64,000 bases of DNA from the sequence record HM114315.1. One strand, given 5' to 3'. The notes beneath the pieces were generated by a model. The model saw only the letters and a list, made by a program, of their open reading frames with translations. It was not told where the DNA came from and made no database searches. This document shows, piece by piece, positions 47,490 through 58,247 of the stretch (its first letter is position 1; the number at the start of each line of letters is the position of its first letter). Made by a program: the position numbers and the translations under genes. Source of the stretch: Acinetobacter phage 133.

Positions 47490-48239
47490 ATGGCAAAAAC
47501 TATTAGATGTATATTACCAGATGGGGTTCATAGATTTGAGCCCTTTACTGTGGCAGATTATAGAGATTTTATCTATATTCGTTTAGAACTTGAAGAACAT
47601 GACCTTGAAGAACAGGCTAAGATTTTGGACGAAGTTACTCAGGATTATTTTGATCTACCTGAATCGTATCGTCATTATGCCTTTCTTAGAAAATTCTTGG
47701 CTAGCATCGGTAAAACTAAATTTCCGATTCTTGTTACGTGTCCAATTTGCGGGGAAGAACATCAAACCGTATTTACAATTGAACAAGATGATTTAGAAGA
47801 ACCTATTATTCAAGTAAGTAATGTCAAGCTTAAATTTAAGTTTCCGGATAAGGATTACGATGATCTGACTAGCTTGGTCTTGGATAACATTAAAGAAGTT
47901 GAAAACGACGGGCAGACATATAATTGGGATACTCTTCCAAAGGAACAGCAAGACGTAATTATTTCGCTTATTGACATGAAAATATTTGAACAGATTGTCC
48001 GTCGACTAAAGCCCATTTATTTTACTTTACGAAGCAAACACTGTGGAAAGATTCATGAAGTGGTGTTCAACAATTTATTATCAATTTTTAAACTGTTAAT
48101 CAGCCCAGACGAAATTTTTACATATTATCAAATTAATCATTTATTAGCTAAACATGGATACGATTTAACTGCTGTTATGAACATGATTCCAGCAGAACGT
48201 GGCTATGCGCTATCACTTGTGGATAAGGACCTATCATGA
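47490..48239 (+). CDS. 51: gp51 baseplate hub assembly catalyst
   Basis: 249 aa, the same length as in T4. Confidence 0.7.
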   Translation: MAKTIRCILPDGVHRFEPFTVADYRDFIYIRLELEEHDLEEQAKILDEVTQDYFDLPESYRHYAFLRKFLASIGKTKFPILVTCPICGEEHQTVFTIEQDDLEEPIIQVSNVKLKFKFPDKDYDDLTSLVLDNIKEVENDGQTYNWDTLPKEQQDVIISLIDMKIFEQIVRRLKPIYFTLRSKHCGKIHEVVFNNLLSIFKLLISPDEIFTYYQINHLLAKHGYDLTAVMNMIPAERGYALSLVDKDLS

Positions 48240-49807
48240 AAGATGTACAACGTCCCGGATACCCTAACGTCAGTATTAAACTCTATGAAGATTATACGGC
48301 ATGGGGCGAGAACCGTTTTATTGAACTGGCTGCGACCTTTACAACATTAACTCTTCGGGATGGTTTGTATGGTCGCAATGAAGGAATTCTGCAATTCTTT
48401 GATGCCTATAATTTACATACTCGTATGAATGGTGAACAAATCATTCAAATTTCACTGGCAAATTCAAACAGTGATAACGTACTGACTCGGATTTATGGTA
48501 GCAAAAATACCTCTGTCTCTGTAGACTCTAAAGGTGATAACATTTTGGCCATTAATTTGGAACCTATACACCATGTAGTTAATCAGAAATTTGCTCGTAC
48601 TTTCTTCCAGAATGCAACAGAATCAATTCAAGAAATGATTCGAGTAATTTATCTGAACAAAGACCAAATTGCACCAAATGTTGACGGATTAAATGCATTT
48701 GTCCCGCGTGTCCCGTGGGTTTCAAATCTAAAAGATTATATGCAATACGTGCGCGATGTTGGCATGTCGGTTGAACAAGAACAATTTGTATTCACCTGGG
48801 AAGACTTTGCTGGAATTCATGTTGAAGATTATCAGTTTATTATTGATCAGCCTGCAATTGGGTGTGTGGTTGGTGATGAAAACATGATTGGCGAATATGT
48901 GGATCAACTTGACTCCCCGTTAGTGTTCAAATTTCAGTGGTTATCAAAAACCAATCAATTTGTTCGAAACCCATTAGAAAATACCACCTTCTTTTCTCAC
49001 TCATTTAACGATAAAGCGCTAGACCGTATTACAACCGGTACGGGAGAAAACAGTGTGTACATCAGTAGATCAGGCGGTTACTCTGAAATGACTTATCGTA
49101 ATGGGTATGAAGAAGCACTACGACTTTGCACTATGGCCCAATACGATGGATATGCAACTTGTCAGTCATATGGCAACTTTGAATTTATGCCTGGTATGAA
49201 AATGAATTTCAGTGATCCTAAACGGCAATTCAAAACAGATTTCTACATTGACGAAGTTGTGCATGAAATTTCAAATAACTCATCTCGTACACATATCTAC
49301 ATGTTCACTAATGGCAAAGAACTAAAACCGGTCGAATTAGTTAAAGTTAAATCACAAAGTCTGGCTGAACAACCAATAATTAATGAGGAACCTCTTGTGG
49401 AAGATGGAAAAGAACTAATCGCTGGATCGTGGGACCTAAATCGATTATGCACAACTGCTTTAGCGAATGCAGCGGGTCGTAAGTCAACAGGTGATTGTGC
49501 AAAATACGTACGACTTGCGTTAGAATCGGCGCAAAAGAAAAAGATGTTTAGTGGTGGGCTTGGCCACGCCAATCAAATGTCTTCTCGACTAGTGAAGATG
49601 GGATGGGTTTCAGTAGGGTCCAATATTACATCATGGCAAAAGGGTGATATTTGCGTATTCAGTCGTACTAATACAGAAGCGGGTCAGAAATACGGGCATG
49701 TTGCAATATGGACTGGTGTTAAGTGGGTTTCCGACTTCATCCAAAATCAAATCCAACCAACACGCGGTTCTAATCTCCCTTATACAATTTACCGAGTAAA
49801 ACAATGA
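48236..49807 (+). CDS. 27: gp27 baseplate hub subunit with a C-terminal CHAP-like cysteine peptidase domain
   Basis: 523 aa versus 391 in T4. The extra C-terminal roughly 130 aa contain Cys (STGDCAKYVRLA) and His (GHVAIWTG) signatures of CHAP/NlpC-P60 peptidoglycan hydrolases. Confidence 0.7.
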   Translation: MKDVQRPGYPNVSIKLYEDYTAWGENRFIELAATFTTLTLRDGLYGRNEGILQFFDAYNLHTRMNGEQIIQISLANSNSDNVLTRIYGSKNTSVSVDSKGDNILAINLEPIHHVVNQKFARTFFQNATESIQEMIRVIYLNKDQIAPNVDGLNAFVPRVPWVSNLKDYMQYVRDVGMSVEQEQFVFTWEDFAGIHVEDYQFIIDQPAIGCVVGDENMIGEYVDQLDSPLVFKFQWLSKTNQFVRNPLENTTFFSHSFNDKALDRITTGTGENSVYISRSGGYSEMTYRNGYEEALRLCTMAQYDGYATCQSYGNFEFMPGMKMNFSDPKRQFKTDFYIDEVVHEISNNSSRTHIYMFTNGKELKPVELVKVKSQSLAEQPIINEEPLVEDGKELIAGSWDLNRLCTTALANAAGRKSTGDCAKYVRLALESAQKKKMFSGGLGHANQMSSRLVKMGWVSVGSNITSWQKGDICVFSRTNTEAGQKYGHVAIWTGVKWVSDFIQNQIQPTRGSNLPYTIYRVKQ

Positions 49808-50355
49808 ATATTATAATCCCAACTAAGGTTGTTAAGTATGAATACCATGGTCCAAAAACAGTGGAAATCCCAAAGTTTGGTCTCCTACAATATCGTATGG
49901 TTGGAGACATGACTGATGGTGAAAAGGCCTTAACATTATTGATTGAATCAATTAAAAAGAATGCGTCAAAGGCCGAGCGCGATTTGATCAGTCTTCATAT
50001 TTTAGAGTTCAACGATAAAATGTCAGGCGCCGTAGTCAAAGATGGATTTGAATACAATTTAGATAACGTCTATATTAGCCAGAAACTTAAATTTGAAATG
50101 GGTGAATACCTTTTTAAATTCCGTAGTCCAAATGCAGATGAATGTGTAATGCCAATTGACTTATTGTTAAAGTCCTGCTGCACATTGGTGAAGTTCAAAG
50201 GTGAAAAAATTGACACTCCTGATTTTATGGAAATGCCGGCCTTTGTTTTAGAATGGGCGGATAAAATACTAAACACTATTTCTATTGATGGACCAGAGGG
50301 TCCAATTGAAGGATTAGGTAATATAATGGAGTTATTCGATGTCAAGCTTGCGTGA
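49804..50355 (+). CDS. 28: gp28 baseplate distal hub subunit
   Basis: 183 aa versus 177 in T4. Confidence 0.7.
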   Translation: MNIIIPTKVVKYEYHGPKTVEIPKFGLLQYRMVGDMTDGEKALTLLIESIKKNASKAERDLISLHILEFNDKMSGAVVKDGFEYNLDNVYISQKLKFEMGEYLFKFRSPNADECVMPIDLLLKSCCTLVKFKGEKIDTPDFMEMPAFVLEWADKILNTISIDGPEGPIEGLGNIMELFDVKLA

Positions 50356-52087
50356 TGATATTCGGGACAAAAATTTGTCCAACCTTGCGTCGTTCCGCGA
50401 CCGCAATGCAGATAGTAAGAAATCAGACCCTGAAACTAAACCAAAACCACCTTTAAATCTCAATGATCCTGATATTAAGGGTCTACCTGGTATAGAAGAT
50501 GTTCGCAAACCAAAACGTAAGCGTCGTACTAAGGAGGAAATTAAAGCCTGGCGTGCATCGTTGAAACCTGAGCCTATACAGGACGGAGAACTGCAGCAGG
50601 AAGCGGTTGAAGCCAATACGCACCTGGAACAGATCGAAAAAAGTACAACTGATTCCAATGCTACTTTGTCAAAGTTATCAAGTCAATTGGAATCTAAATT
50701 TAGTGGACAAGTACAGTCTCCGCAAGTGGTTGAACATAAAACAACCGAAGAAATTATTAAAGATTTCGCGGAGAAATCAAAATCTAAAACCGAATCGACT
50801 GAGCCTGCGATATTACCGGCTGTTCTTCCTGAGGCAACAAAGAAACCCAACCTAGGTGGCGCAACTACACCGAAAGAACAAAAGGCTAAATCTGACTCGA
50901 CCAAAGCCAGTCACCCGGCAATGAAAGTCTTTAACGTAGTTAAGTCTGGATTTAAATCAGTTAAAAGTGTGGGGGATAAGATTGCTGGATTTTTATTCAA
51001 GGGCGCATTAACTGCTGCGATCGAAGCTGCTAAGATGGCCGGGATTATTTTCCTTATTATTGCTGCCATTGACTTAGTACGGATTCATTTTAAGTATTGG
51101 ACTGAAAAATTTAGTGCTAAGTTTGATGCTGTAAAAGAAATTATAATGGGTTACTTTGACAGGTTTGGCAATTGGATGGAATCAATTATGCCTATGTTCT
51201 CTGGGCTATTTGATGCTATTGATTATATCAGAAATGTTTTTGCTAAAGGTGATTGGTCTGCATTAGCTGGTGCGATCGGCAACGTTATGAAAGAAGCGTT
51301 TAACTCTTTAGGAGCAATGATTCAGAACGGTATTGCCAAACTCGCATCTATATTATTACGTAAATTTGGTTTTAATGACACTGCAGACTCAATCGAAGCG
51401 ATTGGATTAGAGAATAAGCAGAACATGACTAATACTCCATTGACACCAGAAGAACAGAAGAAAGTGGCCAAGCAACAACAAAAGATGTTGGATAAAGATT
51501 ATACTCCAACACAAACAGGGATTACTGCATTTTTACCAGACAAATTCCGCAAGGCCATTGGTGCATTAAGTGATGGTGAATATGATCAGATACAAGCTGA
51601 GAAAAAGAATATGAGCCAACTTAAAGGATTAAATAAAGAGGATCAAACAAATACCATTGGCGCTATGAATGAAGCTCGTGCTGCCTTGAACCGTTATGAA
51701 AATAAAGTAGAACGTTTGGATCCAAACGATCCAAATCAAGCAGCTAAGATCGACAATGCTTACAAAGAGGCTAAGACCGCAATTTCAGACCCTGATCTTA
51801 AGAATGTGCCTGATGTTAAGATAGAGCTTGAAAATCAACTTGGTAAGCTTCAAGCAAAAACAGGTCGAGCTGCCCCAAAACCAGCACCGGCTGCGAATAG
51901 TCCAGAAGCGGCGCAAGCCAATTCGATTGCTCGTAAAACTAATGAAGTCAAGGCCCCTGTTGCACAAGCAGCGAATAACACCAATGTTAATACTACAATG
52001 GTTAAGAACAACAAAAGTGTTCACGTACAGGCCCCTGTTACGAGCACTAATGCACCGGGTGTATTCCATGGTACAGGAGTTAATTAA
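50339..52087 (+). CDS. 29: gp29 baseplate hub / tail length tape measure
   Basis: 582 aa versus 590 in T4. Confidence 0.7.
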   Translation: MSSLRDDIRDKNLSNLASFRDRNADSKKSDPETKPKPPLNLNDPDIKGLPGIEDVRKPKRKRRTKEEIKAWRASLKPEPIQDGELQQEAVEANTHLEQIEKSTTDSNATLSKLSSQLESKFSGQVQSPQVVEHKTTEEIIKDFAEKSKSKTESTEPAILPAVLPEATKKPNLGGATTPKEQKAKSDSTKASHPAMKVFNVVKSGFKSVKSVGDKIAGFLFKGALTAAIEAAKMAGIIFLIIAAIDLVRIHFKYWTEKFSAKFDAVKEIIMGYFDRFGNWMESIMPMFSGLFDAIDYIRNVFAKGDWSALAGAIGNVMKEAFNSLGAMIQNGIAKLASILLRKFGFNDTADSIEAIGLENKQNMTNTPLTPEEQKKVAKQQQKMLDKDYTPTQTGITAFLPDKFRKAIGALSDGEYDQIQAEKKNMSQLKGLNKEDQTNTIGAMNEARAALNRYENKVERLDPNDPNQAAKIDNAYKEAKTAISDPDLKNVPDVKIELENQLGKLQAKTGRAAPKPAPAANSPEAAQANSIARKTNEVKAPVAQAANNTNVNTTMVKNNKSVHVQAPVTSTNAPGVFHGTGVN

Positions 52088-53157
52088 TGAAATACGAAGA
52101 AATTGTAGATAGTATTAAAAAAGCCGGCACGGAAATTTCTGCCGGTTATACTAAGCAGGATACTACTCAACAAACTTTTAGTGCTCAATATCCAGCAGAA
52201 CGTTCTGCTGGTAACGACGCTACAAAAACGTCCAATGGCGATCTTTATCGCAATGGATTGCTTTTTACTGCTTATGATTACAAAGCACGGGCGACCCCAG
52301 ACATGACTCGTCAACGTCAAGGTGAATTAGATAAAGCCAGATCGTTATACACTCGCATTTCATCCGGTTTGGCTGATGCAGGTAAACGTTCTTCTACACA
52401 AGGCCAAGACAAGAAAATTGTCAAAGACCCGGTCGCAAATATTCTTTTGCCACGTTCCAAGTCGGATTCTGATGTGGTTTCTCATAAGTTCAATGATGTA
52501 CAGGATTCATTGATAACACGTGGCGGTGGTACGGCAACTGGCATTTTGTCCAATATTGCGTCAACTGCAGTCTTCGGCACCATTGAATCGGTAACCCAAG
52601 GATGGATGGCCGATAAGGGAGAGCAGATCTTCAATGCGTCCCGCTCAATGTATAATGGCGCTGAAAATCGTTCTAAAGTGTATACATGGGAACTTACTCC
52701 TCGTACATTGGAAGACCTAGTTGAAATTATGAAGATCTACGAGATTTTCAATTACTATTCTTATGGTATGACGGGTACAAGTGCTTATGCAAAAGAATTA
52801 AAGGCTTATATTGATGATTGGTATAAAAAGACGTTCCTCAATAATTTAACTCCGGAAGGCTCGGATAAATCTGGCACCGCAATGGAATCTGTAACATCAT
52901 TTTTAAGTAATGTAATTACGGTTTCCAATCCAACAATCTGGTTTGTGCGTAACTTTGGCAAATCTACAAAGTTTGATGGTCGACCTGATGTATTTGGACC
53001 CGCTCAGATTCAAAGTATCCGTTTTGATAAGGCGCCAGAAGGACATTTTAAAGGATTGGCTATTGCTCCCAACATGCCTTCGACATTTGTATTGGAAATC
53101 ACAATGCGTGAAGTTATTGCGTTGAGCCGAGGCTCAATTTATGGAGAGGAGCTATGA
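52087..53157 (+). CDS. 48: gp48 baseplate tail tube cap
   Basis: 356 aa versus 364 in T4. Confidence 0.7.
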   Translation: MKYEEIVDSIKKAGTEISAGYTKQDTTQQTFSAQYPAERSAGNDATKTSNGDLYRNGLLFTAYDYKARATPDMTRQRQGELDKARSLYTRISSGLADAGKRSSTQGQDKKIVKDPVANILLPRSKSDSDVVSHKFNDVQDSLITRGGGTATGILSNIASTAVFGTIESVTQGWMADKGEQIFNASRSMYNGAENRSKVYTWELTPRTLEDLVEIMKIYEIFNYYSYGMTGTSAYAKELKAYIDDWYKKTFLNNLTPEGSDKSGTAMESVTSFLSNVITVSNPTIWFVRNFGKSTKFDGRPDVFGPAQIQSIRFDKAPEGHFKGLAIAPNMPSTFVLEITMREVIALSRGSIYGEEL

Positions 53158-53984
53158 ACAAAGGAATTGAATCTTTTGCAAGCCAGGTACGTACAGATTT
53201 TCAGCGTACTAACCTTTTCAGTGTTATGTTTGCAACCACTCCATTGAGTCGAGCCGATGAACTAATGCGTAAGTATAATGCTACTGAACCTGATGCAGTA
53301 TTGACTGGGGATTTTGGATGGACACGTGATAACTCACACCCATCCTTGCCGCGCATGCAAACAGACTCTAGTGTCCAAACTTCACTTAAATATATCATCG
53401 GCGCAATGACTGAACGTGTTATGCAAACTCTGGTCGGCCGATATACTGTCGGCAAGCACCTACTAGAGTTCTTTGGTATGAATAAGACCCAAGAATCTGG
53501 GTTAAGTGTATTCGCGGTTAAATTGCCTGAAAACCGCTTAGCTCATGAGATGGATTTGACACATAACGCCCCAAACATTAAGGTGACGGGCCGTGAGTTT
53601 GATACACTAGTCGTATCATTCCGTATGGCCCATGACGGGCTTAATTTCATTGCGATGCATGATTGGGTTAATGCGGTGGAAGATCCCGTTACGGGCCTTA
53701 AAGCGCTCCCTATTGATGTGGAGTCCGATATCCAAGTTAACTTACATGGACGTGATGGATTACCTCATACAGTCGCAATGATTGGAGGATGCATTCCGGT
53801 ATCAGTATCTGCCCCAGAATTGTCTTATGAGTCTGACAATACTTTCTCTACATTTGATGTTACGTTCGCTTATCGGACCATGCAAATGTCAAAAGTAAGT
53901 CGAGCTGAAGCCATGAATTGGATTAGTGGTGGAATCAACCCAAATGAGCAGCCTATTAATTTAGGTAGTGCCCCAAGAATATAG
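53154..53984 (+). CDS. 54: gp54 baseplate tail tube initiator
   Basis: 276 aa. Position after gp48. Confidence 0.7.
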   Translation: MNKGIESFASQVRTDFQRTNLFSVMFATTPLSRADELMRKYNATEPDAVLTGDFGWTRDNSHPSLPRMQTDSSVQTSLKYIIGAMTERVMQTLVGRYTVGKHLLEFFGMNKTQESGLSVFAVKLPENRLAHEMDLTHNAPNIKVTGREFDTLVVSFRMAHDGLNFIAMHDWVNAVEDPVTGLKALPIDVESDIQVNLHGRDGLPHTVAMIGGCIPVSVSAPELSYESDNTFSTFDVTFAYRTMQMSKVSRAEAMNWISGGINPNEQPINLGSAPRI

Positions 53985-54011
53985 GACTCTTCGGAGTCTT
54001 TTCTATAAATA
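53984..54011 (+). promoter_or_regulatory. UUCG-tetraloop terminator after gp54, followed by the late promoter TATAAATA for alt
   Basis: ggactcttcggagtcttttc hairpin. TATAAATA at 54004-54011, 18 nt upstream of the alt ATG. Confidence 0.5.
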
Positions 54012-54028
54012 TAGGAAAGGAGAATTTT

Positions 54029-55981
54029 ATGTTAGATCAATTAAACGAAGTGTTTGACTCAGATCAAATTTACCCAGTTACAAACTTAACACCTAAAGCA
54101 AAGGTTCCGCAAATCCTGCATGTACAGGCCCCAGGGACTAATGATATTGTGGTCCGTCTAACGAGTTCGGATACAATTGGAACTCGTGTAAAGGCGGTTA
54201 AACCAGGTGATAAAGCAGTTCAAGTATTTTTAACTAGTATGTCTGCGAAAGGTAATATCACTGATTTCAAGGGCGGACTTGGATCGGATCCAATTGGCGC
54301 TATCAATACAATCTTTGATACAGTAGTTACTGTATGTAAAGAGTATCGAATTGAGTCAATTCTTTTCCGTTTCCCAAAGTCAAAGCTTAAGGGCAAGGAT
54401 CAAGTTGCGCAGCGGATTATCCAACGTTTGACAAAGACCCGTTCGGGCGGTCGGTACACCACTTTAAACGAACTTGAAGGTTTGTCTAAGAAGTTTTCAT
54501 TTGCTTTATTATACCGCAAAGGCAAGGTTCTATCTGATATCCCAGGCATTCCAAATATTGATCCTGAAAAGTTTGAAAAAGTAGATACCAAAGTAGGTGA
54601 GACATTTATTAATAAAGAGAACGGGCAATCAGTAACTAAATCTGAAGTGATCGCTCAAACTATTGTAGACGCCGCAGAGAAAAACACTACTCAACAGGCC
54701 GTTGCGATTACAAAGGTATCTCGTCGTGCGATCACCGCTGCACTATATGCAAATATGTCAGACACTGTAATATCAGCGGAAAACCGCGACCACTTTATGG
54801 AAAATAACAACTCTGTCCATATTGCGGATGCTTCTGTACCTGTGACTAAAATGTCGCAAGTTCTTACTGCAGAAGGCAATCAACCTGCAGCAGTCTGGGC
54901 TAAACACGGTGCTACGGCTGCAAGTAGTTTAGAAAAAACATTATCTGGATATTTGGCACCTAATGAAGCGCAATCAGTTCTTGGTGATATTGAATCGGCA
55001 TGGAATCGCGCTAAAACCGATAATTTACAAGATTTTTACATTGATCTGGCAAATATCTTAGCCTCTGGTGCGTTACGAAATAAATCCAAGTTTGATCGCC
55101 GAATGATTGGAGATAGTATCTTAATGGGTATGGCTCCACTAATTCGTGATATTGAACAGACTGTTGCGGCTACGCCTCCTGAATGGTCTGCTATGACAGA
55201 GCCGGAAAGGGATGCTATTAGAGAATATACAGGTAGTGAGTATGACAGAATCAATCCAATGTTAATGGGTACTCGTAAACGGGCAGAATCTATTGTTGAA
55301 TTAGTTGAAAACCTGGACTCGGCGTTTAGTAAAGGAGTTCGATTAAAGAAAGGAACTTTACTGTTTCGTGGAATGGGTGTGTCAAAGGGACAATTTACGG
55401 ATATTGTTCGCGAGGGGTATTATTACTTCCACAATTTTGTCTCCACCTCATTATTGCCTAACATCTATAACGGTTATCAAGATAATCTTGACGTTCTTAA
55501 TCCAAATGCGGAAGACATAACAGGCCGTGATGAACCGGATAGCTCCAATTTGTATACCGGCACGAGTTCTCCTTCTACCAATACAAAGGTCGGTATCATT
55601 ATATCCGGCACTGATAAGGTAAAGGTAATTATTCCCGGTAGTGAGTCGGAATTTCCACATGAGGCTGAAGTTATTTTACCTCGTGGCTTATTGTTCAAAG
55701 TCACTAAAGCCATGGCTGAAACTGAGGCCGATGATACACATGGGGTACAACAAAGAGCTCTATTATATTTGGACCTAGTTAACCCTAACCAATTGGATGA
55801 GTCCAGTGAAGTGTTTAACGGTGATCTGATGCTACAAGAAGGTAAAATTGAGAAAATCAATCCACGATTCTCATTTAGTGCACTGCATCAACTGTCAGAA
55901 TCCCAATTGGTGGATACCACCGCCGAGGATACACTCGTTTCATTAGTCGGGTTTGGGAATCTATCCAAAAAATTCCAATAA
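54029..55981 (+). CDS. alt: Alt-like ADP-ribosyltransferase (packaged head protein)
   Basis: N-terminus DQIYPVTNLTPKAKVPQI resembles T4 Alt. R-S-E ADP-ribosyltransferase motifs (FRGMG, FVSTSL, EAEVILP). Located after gene 54 as in T4. Confidence 0.8.
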   Translation: MLDQLNEVFDSDQIYPVTNLTPKAKVPQILHVQAPGTNDIVVRLTSSDTIGTRVKAVKPGDKAVQVFLTSMSAKGNITDFKGGLGSDPIGAINTIFDTVVTVCKEYRIESILFRFPKSKLKGKDQVAQRIIQRLTKTRSGGRYTTLNELEGLSKKFSFALLYRKGKVLSDIPGIPNIDPEKFEKVDTKVGETFINKENGQSVTKSEVIAQTIVDAAEKNTTQQAVAITKVSRRAITAALYANMSDTVISAENRDHFMENNNSVHIADASVPVTKMSQVLTAEGNQPAAVWAKHGATAASSLEKTLSGYLAPNEAQSVLGDIESAWNRAKTDNLQDFYIDLANILASGALRNKSKFDRRMIGDSILMGMAPLIRDIEQTVAATPPEWSAMTEPERDAIREYTGSEYDRINPMLMGTRKRAESIVELVENLDSAFSKGVRLKKGTLLFRGMGVSKGQFTDIVREGYYYFHNFVSTSLLPNIYNGYQDNLDVLNPNAEDITGRDEPDSSNLYTGTSSPSTNTKVGIIISGTDKVKVIIPGSESEFPHEAEVILPRGLLFKVTKAMAETEADDTHGVQQRALLYLDLVNPNQLDESSEVFNGDLMLQEGKIEKINPRFSFSALHQLSESQLVDTTAEDTLVSLVGFGNLSKKFQ

Positions 55982-56016
55982 AAAAAAGGGAGCATAAGCT
56001 CCCTTTTCTTTATTTT
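55981..56016. terminator. bidirectional intrinsic terminator
   Basis: aaaaaaagggagcataagctcccttttctttatttt, lying between the convergent alt and gene 30. Confidence 0.6.
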
Positions 56017-57476
56017 ACACCAGTTTTATCAAAAGAATACCCAAAGATTTCCTCGAATGTTTGTGGTTCAGATTTGTCAATACGAATCTTTTTAATGATC
56101 GGTAAAAATAAACCGACTGTACCGTCTTTACGCTGTTTTGACTTGAGCCAGCCATTACATTGGCATTCGACAATCATACCAATGAGCGCATCGCCTTTTG
56201 TCATTAACAATTCGCGGTCTAACTCATCACGCTCACTCAATGGAATAGGTTGCCATTCATCATTGTCATCTTTGCGTTGAGTTGTATCGGTTAGACCTGA
56301 ACCACCATTGACAGTAATTTTGCCGCATTTTGAGCGGAACTCAAAGCCCCCAATTTTATTTGGATCTTTCGAGTGTGGGTAATATCCAACTATTTCCAGA
56401 TCGGCATCAATAATCTCCTTAAACTTAATTTGATTTTTTGAACGTTTATTTTCCCAAAGCATTTTAATGTTTTTGAGGATAATACCTTCAAGACCTTGAT
56501 CAACATAGTTTTGATACACCAGACGTGCTTCTTCTAAGCTATTAACGATAGTGTTTTCAATGACAATAATTTTAGAATGATTCGTGTCAAACATCCAAGT
56601 CAATTGATGAAAACGTTCATTGTACGGGTCTGATTTCAAGGTTCCTTCACTATACACAACATCAAGTGGAATCATATCCCATACTTGATATGACATGCGT
56701 TCAGCTTCTTCTGGAATGATTGTGCCTTTGAGGGATTTATTTGCAATGCCATTTGATTCCGATCGAACGGAAACTGATTCAGGTTCTTCACCTAAAAGGA
56801 ATCCGATTCCATCAGTAGGCGCCGCCATACAAACCAACTCCCCATCAATATAGATTCCGCCTGGGTGTTTCAATAATTCTTCAGCGGCTGCATCAATTAA
56901 TTGGCGTTTAAGTGAGTCTAACCCTTGATATTCATTACCAGCGCGAGATACCAATTTGACATCAGATACATCAGTACCACGAATTTCAGCAAAGCAGCGT
57001 GCACCATCAGCCTTTAATTGTGCATAGGCGGGGAAAGTAATTGATTTAATTGTCTTTTCTGAATATGGGCTTGCCAACATTTGTGGCTGTTCTGGAACTA
57101 AACCTTTCCATACTTTATTGGCCATTGTACGAGATGCGCCGCATTCTAAGTCACGTAGTAATACACGACGGAGCACTTCACGAGAGTCTTCAGACATACA
57201 GGCCATAATTTCTTGCAGTCGTTCGATTGCAGCATTGCCAGTTACTTGTCGTTCAGCCAAATCATATTCAAGAAAATTTAGCCCTTCTTCAAGAGTCACA
57301 GATTCAATGCGAGGCTCCACAATAGGAATCTTTTTAATTCCATACTGTAAACGGCGAGAATACGTAAGGTGATAAATGCGCTTGAGCAATTCATTACCAG
57401 CGTTGGCTTTCAATAAAGCTAACTTTGCATTTGTGGAATCTGTGATTTCAATTTGATTTAGAATCTGTAGATACAT
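56010..57476 (-). CDS. 30: ATP-dependent DNA ligase gp30
   Basis: 488 aa versus 487 in T4. Adenylation motif KADGARC. Confidence 0.85.
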   Translation of the reverse strand: MYLQILNQIEITDSTNAKLALLKANAGNELLKRIYHLTYSRRLQYGIKKIPIVEPRIESVTLEEGLNFLEYDLAERQVTGNAAIERLQEIMACMSEDSREVLRRVLLRDLECGASRTMANKVWKGLVPEQPQMLASPYSEKTIKSITFPAYAQLKADGARCFAEIRGTDVSDVKLVSRAGNEYQGLDSLKRQLIDAAAEELLKHPGGIYIDGELVCMAAPTDGIGFLLGEEPESVSVRSESNGIANKSLKGTIIPEEAERMSYQVWDMIPLDVVYSEGTLKSDPYNERFHQLTWMFDTNHSKIIVIENTIVNSLEEARLVYQNYVDQGLEGIILKNIKMLWENKRSKNQIKFKEIIDADLEIVGYYPHSKDPNKIGGFEFRSKCGKITVNGGSGLTDTTQRKDDNDEWQPIPLSERDELDRELLMTKGDALIGMIVECQCNGWLKSKQRKDGTVGLFLPIIKKIRIDKSEPQTFEEIFGYSFDKTGVK

Positions 57477-57508
57477 TAAATAACGCCATCCATTTTAAGT
57501 TGTGATTC

Positions 57509-57538
57509 ATTATAACCTGGGGTTGAAAATAAGTACAA
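57509..57538 (-). promoter_or_regulatory. T4-type early promoter (TTGTAC-N17-TTATAAT) for gene 30
   Basis: Minus-strand attgtacttattttcaaccccaggttataat. Confidence 0.4.
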
Positions 57539-58144
57539 TTATTTTTCATATTTAATCAAAGTTTTTAAATCCTGCAATTTAATGTGATGACATTTGGGAG
57601 TAGCTCGTTCACCTCGGACCATATGATATCGCGGGACTTCTGGAATAACCCGGGCTGCGGATTCCAGGTTTTCGGCCAAGTCATCGATAAACATGATAAT
57701 ATCAGGGTACTTATCTTTAGCCCGACTTAAGATTTCATCTTTACTTTCACCTGCACCGCATACAAAAATATCTTTAAACGCACCAGGAAACAATGAGTTC
57801 AAATTGAATACTCGATTCATCACGGTTTCTTTATCCGTGCCTAGAGCGGTCACAGCTACGAAATTCCATTTGCGTTTCATAGTGTTAACAAATTCCAAAG
57901 CATCCGAATACGGCGCCAAGTATTTGATAAACTTGGATTTATTGTATTCTTTGAGATACAACATTGACAATTCGTTGTCCATTCCAAAAAGCTCTTCAGC
58001 AGAGACAAATTTTTCATTTAGCAATGACGCCAAGGCAGGTCCAGTAGGTAAACTATGTTTAGCCATGAAATACGGGAGGCCTGATTGCCATTGCACGCAT
58101 ACACCATCAATATCAATTAAAACAGTAGGATTCATATCTCTCAA
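57539..58144 (-). CDS. HAD-superfamily hydrolase-like protein
   Basis: N-terminal motif I LIDIDGV (DxDG). 201 aa. Confidence 0.5.
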   Translation of the reverse strand: MRDMNPTVLIDIDGVCVQWQSGLPYFMAKHSLPTGPALASLLNEKFVSAEELFGMDNELSMLYLKEYNKSKFIKYLAPYSDALEFVNTMKRKWNFVAVTALGTDKETVMNRVFNLNSLFPGAFKDIFVCGAGESKDEILSRAKDKYPDIIMFIDDLAENLESAARVIPEVPRYHMVRGERATPKCHHIKLQDLKTLIKYEK

Positions 58145-58247
58145 CCAATAGGACCAGTATATTTAATTTTGCATACAGTAATGTGGCTATAATTCAGTTC
58201 ATTGCGAAGCTTGGCTAGCAACTCGACTAGCTGTTGATGTTGGCTTT

